From Octopus sinensis (lineage: Eukaryota): 64,000 nt of DNA. This document shows, piece by piece, positions 26,318 to 40,870 of this stretch (positions are counted from its first letter, which is position 1; each line of letters begins with the position of its first letter). The stretch spans positions 24,428,001 through 24,492,000 of the forward strand of contig NC_042997.1 of the NCBI RefSeq assembly GCF_006345805.1, read 5' to 3'. The notes below the pieces were generated by a model that saw only the letters and a program-made list of their open reading frames with translations, did no database searches and was not told the DNA's origin. A program made the translations under genes and the position numbers.

Positions 26318-26736
26318 GGCGCAGGAGTGGCTGTGTGGTAAGTAGCTTGCTAACCAACCACATGGTTCCGGGTTCAGTCCCACTGCGTGGCATCTTGGGC
26401 AAGTGTCTTCTGCTATAGCCCCGGGCCGACCAATGCCTTGTGAGTGGATTTGGTAGACGGAAACTGAAAGAAGCCTGTCGTATATATGTGTATATATATA
26501 TATATGTGTGAGTGTGTGTTTGTATGTCTGTGTTTGTCCCCCTAGCATTGCTTGACAACCGATGCTGGTGTGTTTACGTCCCCGTCACTTAGCGGTTCGG
26601 CAAAAGAGACCGATAGAATAAGTATTGGGCTTACAAAGAATAAGTCCCGGGGTCGATTTGCTCGACTAAAGGCGGTGCTCCAGCATGGCCGCAGTCAAAT
26701 GACTGAAACAAGTAAAAGAGTAAAAGAGTAAAAGAG
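26318..26736 (+). mobile_element. Full-length bipartite SINE, family B
   Basis: Complete head, 5' body, central (TA)n(TG)n, 3' body and (taaaagag)n tail. Confidence 0.92.
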
Positions 26737-28317
26737 AGTGTGTTTGTGTAAAACTCAGTATTGAGTAAAGAATTTTTTTTAATCTAAGACAGACGGAAAC
26801 TCGTAAAATATAGATAAGAGGGTGATAGAAACAAATGAAGAGATAGAGGGAAGGAAGGAGAGATATAGGGGAAGAGAAAGTAAAAGAGGGGGGAAAAGGA
26901 AGAAAGTAAGAAAAAGAAACAGAGAAAAGAAAAAGTGAGAGAAAAAGATAGAGAAAGAAGAAATGATTTCATAGGGAAAATTTAAAAACAAAGAAAATCA
27001 AATGATTTATAAGAGTTTACTCGAAATTGTATGAGAAAAAAATCCTTGCATGAATAAACGTGATGGTAAAATTAGTTATAAAGAAATTACTTCCCTTAGT
27101 AAGCATCAGGAAATTTTTTACGCTATTTCGAACACCTGACTGTGATAATGTTCAGCATTCTTTGATAGCTGTAGTTTGAAACTAATAAGGATAAACATTG
27201 AAGAAAACTGTGTAATGTGTTAGGTTCCTTGAAATTTGTTTCTATTTGTATTGTATAGATAAAGTATTTATGAAGATGTTATACATGTTTACGACGAGAA
27301 AGATTTTTTTTTCACATATGACTGCTCAACAAGGACCGACCTGAGGCAAAGAGCCATATCATAAATAGCAACACTGTCACATTTCTATGGAGTGAGTTCC
27401 ATGATGTACTCAACTCAAAATACCCTGAAACATTTTAATATTCCTTATTCAGGGAATTCCAAAGTCCTTGAGAATTAGGAAAAAATTATATGCAGTTGCT
27501 TCTTGTTGACACACGCATGACAAAAATATATATCTCAAGAAAAAAATTCACATACATACATTCGCAACAGATAGAATATCAAAATTTGTTTCATCGAGGG
27601 ATTATCTTACAACTGTAGTAAATATTACATAAAAATATTTGTTTATTTTAAAATTTATTTCACGAGAGTAATCTATCTAAATACATGGATGACATTTTCT
27701 TTATTTTGAAAATGGCGTCCAAAATATATTATCATCTTAATAGATTTACAATGAAGAATAATCTTTTCATTGGAAACCATGCTGCAACAAATCAAAAAAT
27801 ATTCGCAAAACCGTTTCTTTAATAGTCCTTTACTCGACTGTAATCAGCTTAAGCGAAAACGATCGTCAGTATTCAATCTTTTGTTTTCTCTTTATATTTT
27901 TTTATTCATTTTAGAAAACATATAAACGAAGACATGAATAAAATATATAAAAGAAATTTTCCTATTTTCTTTAAAGACCAACAAAACGAGTCTTATACGC
28001 TAAAGTATTTCAGCATAATCCATGCAAAATAATACGAAATATACAGGCATAGCAAAACACACAAAAATAATAAATCGGTAAAAACAAAAAAAAACTAAGA
28101 GATGCAGAGGTGTAAGAGGGAGGAACAAATATATAATTTAAAAGAAAAACACAATCAAAGAAAAGGCAGAAGTAATTTCTAGAATGATTCGCCAGAATTG
28201 TGATAGAAAAAGAAAATTTTAAAAAAAGTATCGAAAGCATATCAAGAAAATGGTACACACAGGCTCATTCATATACATATACACATATATACATATATAT
28301 ATTATATACATACATAC

Positions 28318-28366
<49 letters not shown>

Positions 28367-29215
28367 TACACACACATATATGTATATATGCATTTATATA
28401 TTTATATATATATACGTATATATATGAATGCACACACAAATGTATGTATGTATGTATATCTTTCTATCACTCTTTCGCTCACTCTTTCTTTATACATATA
28501 AAAACATGCACATACACATACAAACATATATATACATACATAAATATCTATCTATGTATCTATATATATAAAACACACTTACACGCACGTACGTACACAT
28601 GTAGATACGTTCATACCATATAAAAAGAAATATGTTTAAATATGGAATTGCAATTATCTTTCCATCAGGAAATATAATACATTATAATATAACACGGGGA
28701 AACGTGTAGTATTCTCTTCGTTTCTCGTTTAATACTGTGATGGACTAAAGGGATGTATAGTCGATAAATCAATTGTCGTATAAAATATTAGCTGGTGGGA
28801 TGTATGTAAGGTTGTTACGAAACAGAATGCATAAACGTAAAAACACGCTCACACACGTACACAAATATATAAACATGTATATATAAACACACACTTGCAC
28901 TCACAAACAAAACGTGTAAACATATACATATAATCTCACCGTACACTCTATCGCATATATAGACAAGCACTAGAAAAAATTATCTGGGAAAAATAGAGCA
29001 AAAAGAAATGAATTAGCAAATAAAATAAGGTATTTATGAAGAGGATTTGGAAATCATAAATTGAATTCTAAGTAGATTCTCCTTAAGATAATTTAATGAA
29101 ACAGATTATCTAGAACATGTATGTGGTTAGCAATAGCAATTCTAGGAAATGTATTGCCATACATACATACATACATACATACATACATACATACATACAT
29201 ACATACATACATACA

Positions 29216-29246
<31 letters not shown>

Positions 29247-31201
29247 GCGCGCGTGTGTGTGTGCTAGTTATAATGTGCTGTTGAGTGTCACATAACATAT
29301 GTATGGGTACATGTGTACACCACACACACATACATATATACATCTGTGTCTCTGTGTTTGTATATGTGCACGTATATATATGCCTGTATACATGTGTTAA
29401 GAGTGTGTGATGGTGTGTGTGTGTGTGCACATGCTTGCTTGTTTGTGTATGAATATATAAATACACATAATGAGCTATTTAATTGTATGCTTGTACACAT
29501 TGTTGCATTGAAACGATTTCATAAAACATAATCGTAAATGCAAGTATTAATATATATATATATACGCAAATACATGATACTCATACATATATATATATAT
29601 TTATTTATACATACCCTCCAGAAAGCCAAGAACACATACGCACACATGCATATTTACACACACTACCTACAGATACACACACATATCTATTTATATACAT
29701 ACATGCATGCATACATTTATACATACACGTATATTTATATGAACGTATTTATAGAATTGAAAGTGACTTCAATTTCTTTTTCGTTTGCAACTTTAGGAAA
29801 CACTTGCTTGAATACAGTTTTCAAGGCGTGACTTGAAGACCAAGTGTATCCAATATCATCAATAAATTTTACAAAATGTGTAGAGTTCCACCATCAATAA
29901 ATATATTCGCTTCCAGTTTGATGAAAATAGCAAAGAATACACTTAGCTGCTATATCTAGCTGGTCGGAGGCTCCTATATCTTTGTACGTGCCCAGTATCC
30001 TTAATTTGATATTCACTCAGTGATTAGGTCTCATTGAATTGTTTGATAAAAAGCGTTCCGACCATTTGGAACCGTTTTTGCCGTCTCTATTATCTTTTTA
30101 TCCAAAAATGTGCTTTTCATTGGTTAATATGCTGAGAAAAGAAACAGTAACTAATATTGTCCCTCGCTGCCCGAATATGACAATTTTGGGATCTATATAC
30201 ATTTGAAGCTAAGGCAACACTATGGACGGCAACAGAAAAATGGTGGTATGGGCATATCCCAGAAAGGATCTCAGAAAATGATAATGGCTAACCTACCGGA
30301 TAATGTTGTCAGAGATTTTGAAGAAAAATTACCTTCCAATCAACTTACAAATCGCAACAGATGATAATGAATCTGGAAACAGGGATAACTCGAATGTGTA
30401 TCCTAAAAACCGAAACAATATCCATAATAATAGGTGCATTAAGTATGATTTAAAAGAATACAGAAAATACACAACCAAAACACAACACATGCCCAAGTTA
30501 GATAGATAGATAGATATGTATATCGAACTCTGTACTTTTCAAATCAGAATTATATATGCGTATGTAAGTGTATAAAAGTGTATTTGTGTTTGTAGATGTG
30601 TGTGTGTGGGGGGGGGGGTGAGTCTGTGTGCCATTGTCAAGATAAAATGTGTGCTCTTTAGAAGATGATGCTTATACATTTCACAAAGGAAGATTCCTCA
30701 AAATTGTCACAAAAATATTTAAAATTTCTAAATTTTGACAAATTAGGAAAACTACCAACCAATATGAAATTTGATAAATGACTGCAGACAGAAACTTTCT
30801 TACCGTTGTTTGTTTTGTTCATGTCATACGTGGAACTTTGGCTAAGATGTGAGCTTTGTAACAACGTTGTCTTGTGTTCAAATGCGATCTATTGCCCCTG
30901 GGGCATTCTATAGCTTCAAAATGTCTCAGTGAAATTTGGCTGAAGAAACTGTGTAGGGGTCTATATGAATAACCGTTCATAACTGAAGATGATATCCATT
31001 GTGTATCGCCAGTTAGACGCCAACACATGGCCTTCCATGATGTTTATTGCGCCTTCTCATGCGATGCTGCTTGCATGAAGATATATTTCTCTATTCATTT
31101 CACCAGTCTTAGAGACCTGACCCTGGTCATGGGTCTCACTCTCCCTGTTCTGACTAAACAGGACACAAAAATGAAAGCAAAACTATGATGAAAGGCATAC
31201 C

Positions 31202-31433
31202 TATTTCTTTATTACCCACAAGGGGCTAAACATAGAGGGGACAAACAAGGACAGACATAGGTATTAAGTCGATTACATCGACCCCAGTGCGTAACTGGTA
31301 CTTAATTTATCGACCCCGAAAGGATAAAAGGCAAAGACGACCTCGGCGGAATTTGAACTCAGAACATAACGACAGGCGAAATACCGCTAAGCATTTCGCC
31401 CGGCGCGCTAACGATTCTGCCAGCTCACCGCCT
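31202..31433 (-). mobile_element. Full-length SINE family C with 14-bp TSD
   Basis: TSD atgaaaggcatacc at 31188-31201 and 31434-31447; tRNA-like head ggcggtgagctggcagaatcgttagc...gttctgagttcaaattccgcc. Confidence 0.92.
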
Positions 31434-32025
31434 ATGAAAGGCATACCAGTGATGCCAATCCCTTCTTTTAAAATATAAAATGCGACTACATTCAGCCACT
31501 TCCCCTACTCTTACTGGATTTGCTCAGATCCCTTCTAATAGAACAAGTGAAAGCGCATAATAAAAATGGACTTACGGAACAGAATCGTTGCTGTGATTTT
31601 AGTTAGCTCTAATGTACTGTATTCCATTTTGTAGTCAAAGTCTATATTATGCAAAGGTTTGCAATACAGAAGACAGCTTCGCGAATCGGATAGAACACAG
31701 CATCTGATTAGAGATGAGTACTGTTAGATATTATAAGGAACAAAATATATTGTGTGGGCGATATATTTCTGGATAAACCAGAGTTTTTAAAAATAAGTTT
31801 GGTTGTATTTCTATTTGCTCGTGTTGTCCCCGTCAAAATCTTCGGATAAAATTTTTAAGGGAATTGCAGCTATCGAATGGTTTTTGCCTCTTCCTATATG
31901 CATTTCTAAGCATAAGCATGTTAAACATTAAGTTCAAGTTTAGTAGTACAGCAAATAGTATGGAATTCGTTATAATAATTATAATTATAACTATAAATCT
32001 CACTTTTTACGCAGATATACAATCT

Positions 32026-32057
<32 letters not shown>

Positions 32058-33449
32058 TGTATGTATGTATGTATGTATGTATGTATGTATGTATGTATGT
32101 ATGTATGTGTGTGTGTGTGTGTGTGTGCATATCCATAAACGTTTAGCATATACACAGACAACCACTTACACATATATATGTATGATCAGGTCCAGTCATG
32201 TATTGGGTCATGCGCAGTTGTATCGCATTGCTGCATTCACCATTCGTCGGTATTTGCTCGGATCGCTCCAGATAACTTTCCAAGCAATGTTCCTATTAAA
32301 TCTCATCTCTGAATTTACTACTTATCTGCCGTGACGAACAAGTGCTGTCATTCCAGCCAGAACCACACAAAATAGTATATTTGTTTGGCTATGTTAATGA
32401 TGTCGCTGAATTAGGTTATCCTTGTAGAATTTTGAAAAAGAAAATATAAAGCATATTTTGATGAAGATTCTATGAAAGAAAGTGGAATTCAAGTGATGGA
32501 GCTGATATCCTACACTGAGAATCGATCCTATGTTGCTCCGTCTGTTCGGTGGGATTTTGCAACATCCACGAGAAATCCGAATGAGCTTCTTTGAGTTAAA
32601 AAGTAAGTTATCTACGTATGTGTCTACGTATGTGTATGTATTGATACACATCGCCAAATCATAAAGGTCAAAAAAGAAACTACTATAAGCCAATTTCTTG
32701 TGAAATCTCTTGGAATATCTTGCATATCCCTGAATCAGTTTAAATTCGAAGAGTAAAAAATAGTACATAAACCACGAGAATACAAATTCTTGCACTTTCG
32801 CTACCCACTGAAACACATAAATTCTCTCTCTCTCTCTCTCTCTCTCTCCACACACACACTCACACACAAACACACACAAACACACACAAACACACACACA
32901 CACACTCACACACACACACACACACACTGAAAGATGAATATAACACTTAAAGCAGACGCACAATTTCGTGCACAATAAATAGAGCTACCGAGGATCACAA
33001 TTCATATACAAACTACGCTCAGTTACAATAAAAAAAACGCAAAAGAAGAGGGAAAAATATTATGTTAAACTACTTCCTACCAATGAAAAGACATACACAC
33101 TCACACCCACACACTCATACACACACACACACAAACATACCACACACATATATATAACTAAGATATGTACAGAAAGCATGAAGATATCAGACCTATGTTG
33201 AAATTCTCCCCTCGAAGATAATAAAGGTGTTCAAAAACAAACAAAAACTAATATCAATCAGAGATAAAAATGAACAAGAAACGGAAAATACTCAAAAGTT
33301 ATTTTCTTTAAAAAGAGTAAGAACGATCAAGTAAAAGAAATTATATAAAGTATATATATTTTATCGATTTCTTCGCTAACTCCTGATCATATCCTCTCAA
33401 GACCGTACCACGCCTTCGTTTCTTCGTATGAACACACGCATATACACGC

Positions 33450-33511
<62 letters not shown>

Positions 33512-33554
33512 ACACATCTATCTTTATATATATTTATGTATAAATATATATATA

Positions 33555-33592
<38 letters not shown>

Positions 33593-33616
33593 ACACATCT
33601 ATCTTTATATATATGT

Positions 33617-33672
<56 letters not shown>

Positions 33673-33679
33673 TCTACAG

Positions 33680-33710
<31 letters not shown>

Positions 33711-33736
33711 TATATACTGTAGATATATGTATATCG

Positions 33737-33791
<55 letters not shown>

Positions 33792-34591
33792 CATATATAT
33801 ATAAAGGTAGATGTGTGGATATATATATAACGTAGATATGCGTATATCGATATATATGCATATATGTTTGTGTGTATACACATATACACATATATATATT
33901 TCACATTTTCATAGGTTTTCATTTTCATTCAGTATCTCTTCTTGGACTTCTGTTCGTTTTACTTTTGAATTTTATTCTCTTCTTTCTATCCCTATTTTTT
34001 AAATTAACTTTTCTTCAGTCTTTTTTTATTCTTTTTCTCTTCTGTTTCCTTTATTCCTTCTTTCATTTCGCTCTTACTTTCTTCACTCCACTCCATTTTT
34101 CCCTTACTCTTTTCCCGTTAACATTTTTTTGCAAATTTTTGATTTGTTTGCCGATTTTTTTCCTCACACATCTTCACTTGTTTTCGAACTATTTCTCCAG
34201 GATATTCAAAAGCAACTTTGCTAATTTACAAGAAGAATATTCGATAAATATATGAACAAGAAGAAATGAATAAATAAACTCTCTCTCTCTATATATACAT
34301 GTATGCTTGTTTGTATGTATGAATATTTGTGTATTTTTGTATGTTTACAAATATATGAATGTATATATGTGTGTGTTTGTGCGCATGTGTGTGTGTGTGC
34401 GTGTATCTATGTATGCGTATATAAATGAAACCAAAAATTTGATAAAAATTTAAGCCTCCTTCCACCAAATACAATGAAAGTAAAACAATAAAATGCCAGC
34501 CAAACACTTTCACAAGTTACAAACAACAATATACATATATAATATATATATAATATATATACATGTATATAGATATACATATATATATACA

Positions 34592-34622
<31 letters not shown>

Positions 34623-34914
34623 CATATATATATATAGATATATATATATATATATATATATATTATTATATATATATATATATATATAATATATATGCAT
34701 GCGCCTTGCACACAAGTTATCTTATGTTCCGAATGTTATCTCGGGAGTCCAGCTCAATATGAAATGCCTGCAAACATGAACACCGAGGCTTCATAAATGT
34801 TTTCTGTTGCTTTAACTGTTGTTGCTTTTATTATTACCGTTGCAGTTGTCGTTGTTTTTGATATTGCTTTCTTGTTCCTGAATTTTTATTTATTTTTCTT
34901 CATTATTATCATCA

Positions 34915-34922
34915 TTCTTCTT

Positions 34923-34987
<65 letters not shown>

Positions 34988-34989
34988 CA

Positions 34990-35020
<31 letters not shown>

Positions 35021-35092
35021 TATTATTATCATTATTATTATTATTATTATCATTATTATTATTATTGTTAATATTATTATTCTTATTATTAA

Positions 35093-35158
<66 letters not shown>

Positions 35159-35235
35159 CATAATTATTATTATTATCATCATCATCATCATTATTATTAT
35201 TATTATTATTATCATTAATATTATTATTATTATTA

Positions 35236-35278
<43 letters not shown>

Positions 35279-35360
35279 AATTATCATTATTATTATTATT
35301 ATCATTATCATTATTATTATTATTATCATTATTATTATTATTATTATATTATTATTATTA
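34915..35360. repeat. (CTT)n then long (ATT/ATC)n trinucleotide array
   Basis: Directly visible; source of the poly-Leu/poly-Ile ORFs. Confidence 0.95.
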
Positions 35361-35889
35361 TTGGTATTGTTATTATCATTTGTATATACGAGATTTTTTG
35401 TTGCTTACGTGTTGTTATTCTTTATTTGTAAAACTAAATAAAACGAAATAATAACGATAGCAGTAATAACATTAATAAAAAAAAACCAACATTGTTATAC
35501 CACGCCACCATTTCATATTAAGCGCAAAAAAAAAAACAGAAAATAAAAAAAAAAAACGACAGCAGCAAGAACAACAATAACGAATAAAAAAAAATACAGA
35601 ACCAAAGATTAACAACATCAAGTCGATATATCAAACTTTCGCTTATCAAATTTCACTTGTTCTTTCCAATACGTTCTCGTTCTTTCCTATTGTTGCCTTT
35701 TTTTTTCCTTCTCAGTTTTCAGATAAAATTCAACGTCAACGTAGTCCCGTACAACCACTGCCACTGCGCTCTCCATCAACACCACAGCCACCACTAACAT
35801 TATCCCCCATCACCATCGTCGTAATCCTTCGTCATTATAACCATCGTTACCACCACTACCACCACCGTCGTCACACTCCCTCCTCCTTC

Positions 35890-35924
<35 letters not shown>

Positions 35925-36188
35925 GTCAACCTTGTCATCATTATCATCACCACCATCTACACTATGTTTCCTCATGCAACATGATCGTGTTGATGATGAT
36001 CATCATCATCATAAACATCGTTATTTTTGTCAGGTTCCTTCTGATAAAAATCAAAGTAAGGATATTGATGCTGATGGTGATACAGATGTAACACAATAAT
36101 ATATAATGCGTATACATCTCTATATATTTATACGTTTGTTTATATATATACGTTTGTATATATATATATATATATATATATACATTTG

Positions 36189-36256
<68 letters not shown>

Positions 36257-36436
36257 TATATATATACATATACATATATATATATATAATGTATGTATTT
36301 ATGTATCTTGGTATGTTACATACGTGTGTCTGTATATACACATATGCATATATATATATAATGTATGTATCTACGTATCTTGGTATGTATATGATAAACA
36401 TACTTACATATATGTGTGTGTGTGTGTGTGTGTATA

Positions 36437-37030
36437 CAAGGTATTCTCAATAAGTATCCGGACTATTGCCATAGTAACGAAGTTAAAGAACGCACAGTAA
36501 AGCTGCTAGCACAGATTGACCTTGAACACTGCTGTGCAAGCGCACTAACTTTTACCGTACTAAGTCACTTCCGCTGTTTACAGCTGTTTTCGGAAGAACG
36601 GTGTGTAGCGTGTGATTGTCGCATTGGCAGAAAAAGTTTTCCTGACGATACCTGCTCAAGGCCTACGCACATTAACGGATAATGTATGGACATGTGTGTA
36701 TGAACCGCACACAAGTGTACGAGTGGTTCAGGCGTTTCCAAATGGCAGAAAAAATGTCGTAGTGGGAGCCCCGCAACTAGCAATCTTGAGTAAAGTATCG
36801 CAGATGCGCAGGCAGTTGTGAGGAGAAATTGTCGAAACACGATCCGTGAGTTATCAGAGGATGTGCAAATTAGTTTCGGTTCCGTTCAGTCCATTATCAC
36901 TGAAGATCTGGGTATGAGTCTGCAAAGTATATGCCAAAACTGCTTTCAGCTGACCAAAATGACACTCGGGTTTCAGTTGCGCAAGATCTCCTTGATTGTG
37001 TGGATTACGATGAAAACTTTGGAAACTTTA
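36437..37030 (+). mobile_element. 5' part of a decayed mariner
   Basis: TA plus TIR-like caaggtattctcaataagtatccggact; frames give MYGHVCMNRTQVYEWFRRF and RNTIRELSEDVQISFGSVQSIITEDLGM...PKLLSADQ. Confidence 0.8.
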
Positions 37031-37190
37031 GGTAGGTCGCTGTGCAGATATCACCAAGCTTTTGACAAAATTTGATGCAGATTCCCTGCTCAACTTTCTG
37101 TCATGGGCAATGCGATGAATACACGCTACACACCTTCCTTCCAAGCACCGCTCTAAACGGCGAAAGCGAATCTGATTTTCACGTTTTCTT
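37030..37190 (-). mobile_element. Inverted 5' fragment of a related mariner
   Basis: Minus strand shares ggtgtgtagcgtgt..tcgcattg with the + copy and reads VEQGICIKFCQKLGDICTATY (mariner N-terminus). Confidence 0.7.
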
Positions 37191-37291
37191 ATTTACAATG
37201 TTTACAATTTTATAATTTTACAGTATCGAAATAAACTAGTTCTCTCATGCGTTATGCAATCATCAGGTGTATGTAGTGACAGTCGTTTCCC

Positions 37292-37320
<29 letters not shown>

Positions 37321-37327
<7 letters not shown>

Positions 37328-37601
37328 CATCACGTGACCGACCAGACCATCAGATGTTGCTACACATCGCTGGTCACAATGCGTTCGCATTGTTTTAGCC
37401 TTCGAATGACGCCACCCCGCTGGCTAAGCGAGCAGGCCAACAGAAGAAAGAGTGGTGAAAGAGTACAGCAGGGATCACCACCATCCCCTGCCGGAGCCTC
37501 GTGGAGCTTTTAGGTGTTTTCGCTCAATAAACACTCACAACGCCCGGTCTGGGAATCGAAACCGCGAGTCCGCTGCCCTAACCACTAGGCCATTGCGTCT
37601 C

Positions 37602-37604
<3 letters not shown>
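37321..37604 (-). mobile_element. tRNA-derived SINE with family A head and alternative tail (variant F)
   Basis: Head and body as family A; tail ggcctgctcgcttagccagcgggg...gtcggtcacgtgatgacgtgat. Confidence 0.88.
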
Positions 37605-37662
<58 letters not shown>

Positions 37663-38669
37663 TTCTTCATTCACCAACAGTTTGAAGGTTTTTCAAAATC
37701 TACATGTAATTTTTATCGTCATTCATACACCTCTTACTAGCGCTTGCATTAATACACGAGAAGAAGCATTAACGTCAATAGTAATAAGATCAAAACCTTG
37801 AAGATTATTAAAAAAAATTATAGTCACTCAAAAATTTAACTCAGAAGAACTTTGTTGCAAATGGCCAACCCTTTTACAATTTATTCTTCCTTGTTTGTCA
37901 TTGAACTAAAACCTACATGCTATTGAGTATATGCACTTACTATTGATTATATGTATTGTTTTATTTTAAGAATATTATCTAACTCCGTATTTCTCTTTCT
38001 TCTCTATATACCCGGCTCGCCATATCTTTTGTTTATAAACACTTAGTAATACGTACATGCACAGAAAAACATACGCAAACATGCAAGCATACAGATACAT
38101 TTATGCAACCGTGTAGAAATATGCAATTCGTTATGATTATTTTGATAAACTTTAAGTTATATGAGAATGATGCAGATTATCAATACAATTATGACAGACA
38201 TAAATATACTGTGATCTATACCAGTTTTATGTTTGGATTTCTAAAATTCTCAATTTATTTAATCAGAAAACGTAATGGATATAAAATCTTTAGCAACATT
38301 TTCGCAAGATCTATCAATAATATTAACGCAAAACGTGTTAAGCAATAGTAATACCATCAAGTTCTTTGGAATACTGTCCCAATTTAAAATCAATTAACGT
38401 TTCTCAAATAAAATTTTTGTAACGTAGAGACGTCAAGTGATTTTTAAGGTGAGATATTAGTCGCACAGGCATTCGTTAATAAATCCAAATAATAGAGTTC
38501 TGACAGTTTATCCAGATATATTTGGACATTATGAAGAATTTGCGACAAATCTTTTAATATGTGACTATTCTTGATTTTTCCCCTATTTATGCACTCTTTA
38601 TCATCAAGATTAGCATTTGTTTCATTTTATATGTCTGAAAAATATTTGATATAGTTTCAGGTATGCCTA

Positions 38670-38825
38670 TGGAGTCTTGGATTCAGTCCCTCTTCCCGGG
38701 AACTTTACACAAATGATTTCTATTATAGCCCCGACCAATGCTTTGTGAGTGAGTTTGGTAATCAGAAGTTTGTGGAAACCTGCCGTAATATGTATGTAAG
38801 TATATATATATATATTATATATATA

Positions 38826-38889
<64 letters not shown>

Positions 38890-38910
38890 GTATGTGTGTG
38901 TGTGTGTGTG

Positions 38911-38943
<33 letters not shown>

Positions 38944-39148
38944 TCTGTGTGTGTGTTTCCCCAAATCGCTAGTCAATGAGTGATGGTTGTTTACATCTCC
39001 CTAATTTAGCGATTCATCAAAAGAGCCACTTAGAATAACAAGACCTTAAAAGAATAAGTACTGGAGACGATTTGTTCTACTCAAGCTCTTCAAAATATCC
39101 TAGCATGGCTGCAGTCCAATGACTGGAACTAGTAAAGGATAAAAGATT
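38670..39148 (+). mobile_element. Old degenerate SINE family B
   Basis: ccgaccaatgctttgtgagtgagtttggta, central SSR, then tagcatggctgcagtccaatgactggaac. Confidence 0.7.
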
Positions 39149-39689
39149 ATCTGAGAACAGAGGCCTGCAGTGTTTCAGAAATGATCTTTGTGGCGTCATG
39201 GACAGAACAAAATATCTGGTCTGTATTTTTCAAAAGAGACATCTGTCACAGAATTGCAAAAGGAACTTTCCTACTCTCTCATTTTGCTATCCTCTTATCT
39301 ATCTTTACTTGTATTTAATTTTTCGCTTTCATTTTTCTTCTGCTATACTTCTTTCTTTTCATGTTGCCTATCCGGTTACTTTTTCTATAAATGTTGCTGT
39401 ATCTTTGAGACATTTGAGTACGGATAACATTTTATAATGATACATTAATATAGCTATGTTTAACAGAATTGAATTATACAGTTTTATATTATTTATTATC
39501 TATTTGATTTTATCTTTGTCCATACAACCAAATATATAATGCTCTGTTTCCGTTAAATGAATGAACCTTCGAAAAAGACCAAATGGACGAACACTGTTGA
39601 AATTGCATCGACAATATTGCAAGATTTTAGCTGCAACAGTGAGTAGTCGCTGCAGTGGAAACCCGTGAAGCTCATTGCAACATGATACT

Positions 39690-40073
39690 CTCTCTACTCT
39701 CTTTTTTTCTTTCTTTTACTTGTTTCAGTCATTTGACTGCGGCCATGCTGGAGCACCGCCTTTTAGTCGAGCAACTCGACCCCGGGACCTATTCTTTTGC
39801 AAGCCCAGTACTTATTCTATCGGTCTCTTTTGCCGAAACGCTAAGTGACGGGGACGTAAACACACCAGCATCGGTTGTCAAGCAATGCTAGGGAGACAAA
39901 CACATATATATATACGACAGGCTTCTTTCAGTTTCCGTCTACCAAATCCACTCACAAGGCATTGGTCGGCCCGGGGCTATAGCAGAAGACACTTGCCCAA
40001 GATGCCACGCAGTGGGACTGAACCCGGAACCATGTGGTTGGTTAGCAAGCTACTTACCACACAGTCACTCCTG
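39690..40073 (-). mobile_element. Full-length SINE family B
   Basis: Near-identical reverse complement of 26318-26736 with a short central SSR. Confidence 0.92.
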
Positions 40074-40744
40074 ATGTATAACTATAAAACACATTTGTGA
40101 ATATACAAGCTCCATACTCCTTATTATTATCAATAAGTCCAATAGGAAGGAAGCCGTATGTATGTCTATACGTATGTTTGTGTATGTATATATAAATGTA
40201 TGTGCGTGTGTTTGTGTGTGCGCGTTTGTGTGTGTATGCGTGCGCGCGTGTGTGTAAACCATGGAAAGTATTTTAATACCACATTTTAGCGAAATTGGTC
40301 GTGGATTATATGTTATCATGGCACTGGGTTAAAAGCCGAAACAAAATATGTAATGAACTACGTATGAGCTTCAATAAGACCAAGCTTGTACTGCTAGGAA
40401 TAGCATTTAAATTTACCTCAAATTCCGCTCTTTAACTTTTAAGAAAAAGTATGTGTATAACTTTATGTACAAGTCAAAAGAAAACTGAATGCATGACTTT
40501 TTATCGAACTTTTTCTCTTTCGGGCCTGACTGAGGTCTGAATGACAGCACTATCAATAACAAACACAAACGCTTACAACAATAAGAACCACAACAATAAC
40601 AGCAGCAATATTACTAACTACAACGTATGGGTAATCGAAAAGTTGTGTTAATATTTCTAAGGGTGCTTTAGGAACTAAGCAAAATCTTAAAATATCAATA
40701 TCTTATTTTAAATCAAAAATCAAAAATTAAAATATAAGAAGTTC

Positions 40745-40780
40745 AAAATAATAATAATAGTAATAATAGCAATAATAATA

Positions 40781-40850
<70 letters not shown>

Positions 40851-40870
40851 TAATAACAATAACAACGACA
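40745..40870. repeat. (AAT)n microsatellite
   Basis: Directly visible. Confidence 0.95.

Noticed and set aside
27710-27820. aaaATGGCG start-like or YY1-like motif with a roughly 36-codon ORF
   Set aside because: An isolated short motif without supporting promoter or splice context.
32190-32610. GC-richer segment with protein-like short frames and a GTAAGT donor
   Set aside because: No frame is open from a plausible acceptor to the donor; no recognisable homology.
34797-35441. 214-aa ORF with poly-Leu/poly-Ile, and the many YI/MYVC/HT-repeat ORFs across the window
   Set aside because: These are translations of stop-free microsatellites; there is no domain content.
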